Origin: Mesotaenium endlicherianum
Lineage: Eukaryota
NCBI GenBank assembly: GCA_009602735.1
Contig: WELA01003444.1
Span: 67,343 to 87,342 of the forward strand
DNA: 20,000 nt
Direction: 5' to 3'
Under the pieces are notes generated by a model. The model saw only the letters and a list, made by a program, of their open reading frames with translations. It was not told where the DNA came from and ran no database searches. This document shows positions 19,622 through 20,000 of the stretch, piece by piece. Position numbers and translations under genes: made by a program. The number at the start of each line of letters is the position of its first letter. Within the stretch, counting starts at the first letter, position 1.

Positions 19622-20000
19622 CTGCGCCAGTCCCGGGGGGAAAGGGGGGAACAAAGGGAGGAGAGGAGAAGCAGGGCACACATCGGCAGGGGTGAGTAAG
19701 GTCATGCCATCACGTCCAGCTCCTTTGCCAGCGCCTGGAGCCTGCTCCAGTCCCGGGGGGAAAGGGGGGAACAAAGGGAGGAGAGGAGAAGCAGGGCACA
19801 CATCGGCAGGGGTGAGTAAGGTCATGCCATCACGTCCAGCTCCTTTGCCAGCGCCTGGAGCCTGCTCCAGTCCCGGGGGGAAAGGGGGGAACAAAGGGAG
19901 GAGAGGAGAAGCAGGGCACACATCGGCAGGGGTGAGTAAGGTCATGCCATCACGTCCAGCTCCTTTGCCAGCGCCTGGAGCCTGCTCCAGTCCCGGGGGG
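19588..20000. repeat. Near-perfect 120-bp tandem repeat (about 3.4 units visible, runs off the window) spanning a CPA intron/exon junction
   Basis: The lines starting at 19681, 19801 and 19921 are identical. The lines starting at 19621, 19741 and 19861 are identical except for G at 19626 versus T at 19746 and 19866. Confidence 0.97.

Noticed and set aside
19541..19945. 134-aa ORF with a 40-aa repeat (MTLLTPADVCPASP...)
   Set aside because: It is a translation of the 120-bp tandem array, out of frame with the CPA exon it overlaps.
19588..20000. Repeat array as a CRISPR locus
   Set aside because: The units are identical end to end with no unique spacers, the context is eukaryotic, and there are no cas genes.

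Overview
Eukaryotic genomic DNA from a draft assembly (N-gaps at 1153-1275 and 1991-2368; single Ns at 903, 2699, 3306, 19024). The plant-like proteins and long GC-rich, repeat-laden GT-AG introns suggest a green alga, probably a streptophyte (inference). Four spliced housekeeping genes can be rebuilt by hand: (1) + strand crotonase-family methylglutaconyl-CoA hydratase (AUH-like), 257-5998, with six visible exons and two conserved segments apparently lost in gaps; (2) - strand mitochondrial ribosomal protein mS33, 8587-8193, two exons, complete; (3) + strand plastid-type protein with a C-terminal Rho termination factor N-terminal (Rho_N) domain, about 9425-13573; (4) - strand N-carbamoylputrescine amidase, six exons from 19621 to 14614, with its 5' part beyond the window. 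I see no RNA genes, CRISPR arrays or recognisable transposons, and I cannot support a novel multi-gene system. The most unusual signals concern splicing architecture. Tandem duplications are repeatedly seeded on exon boundaries: a perfect 120-bp array of decoy acceptors with an in-frame stop, a triplicated acceptor, and decayed copies of a CDS end. Introns of gene 1 have C-rich 5' ends and G-rich 3' ends in place of a polypyrimidine tract. The Rho_N protein also carries a four-fold repeated [FY]xKRSP[IV] motif.
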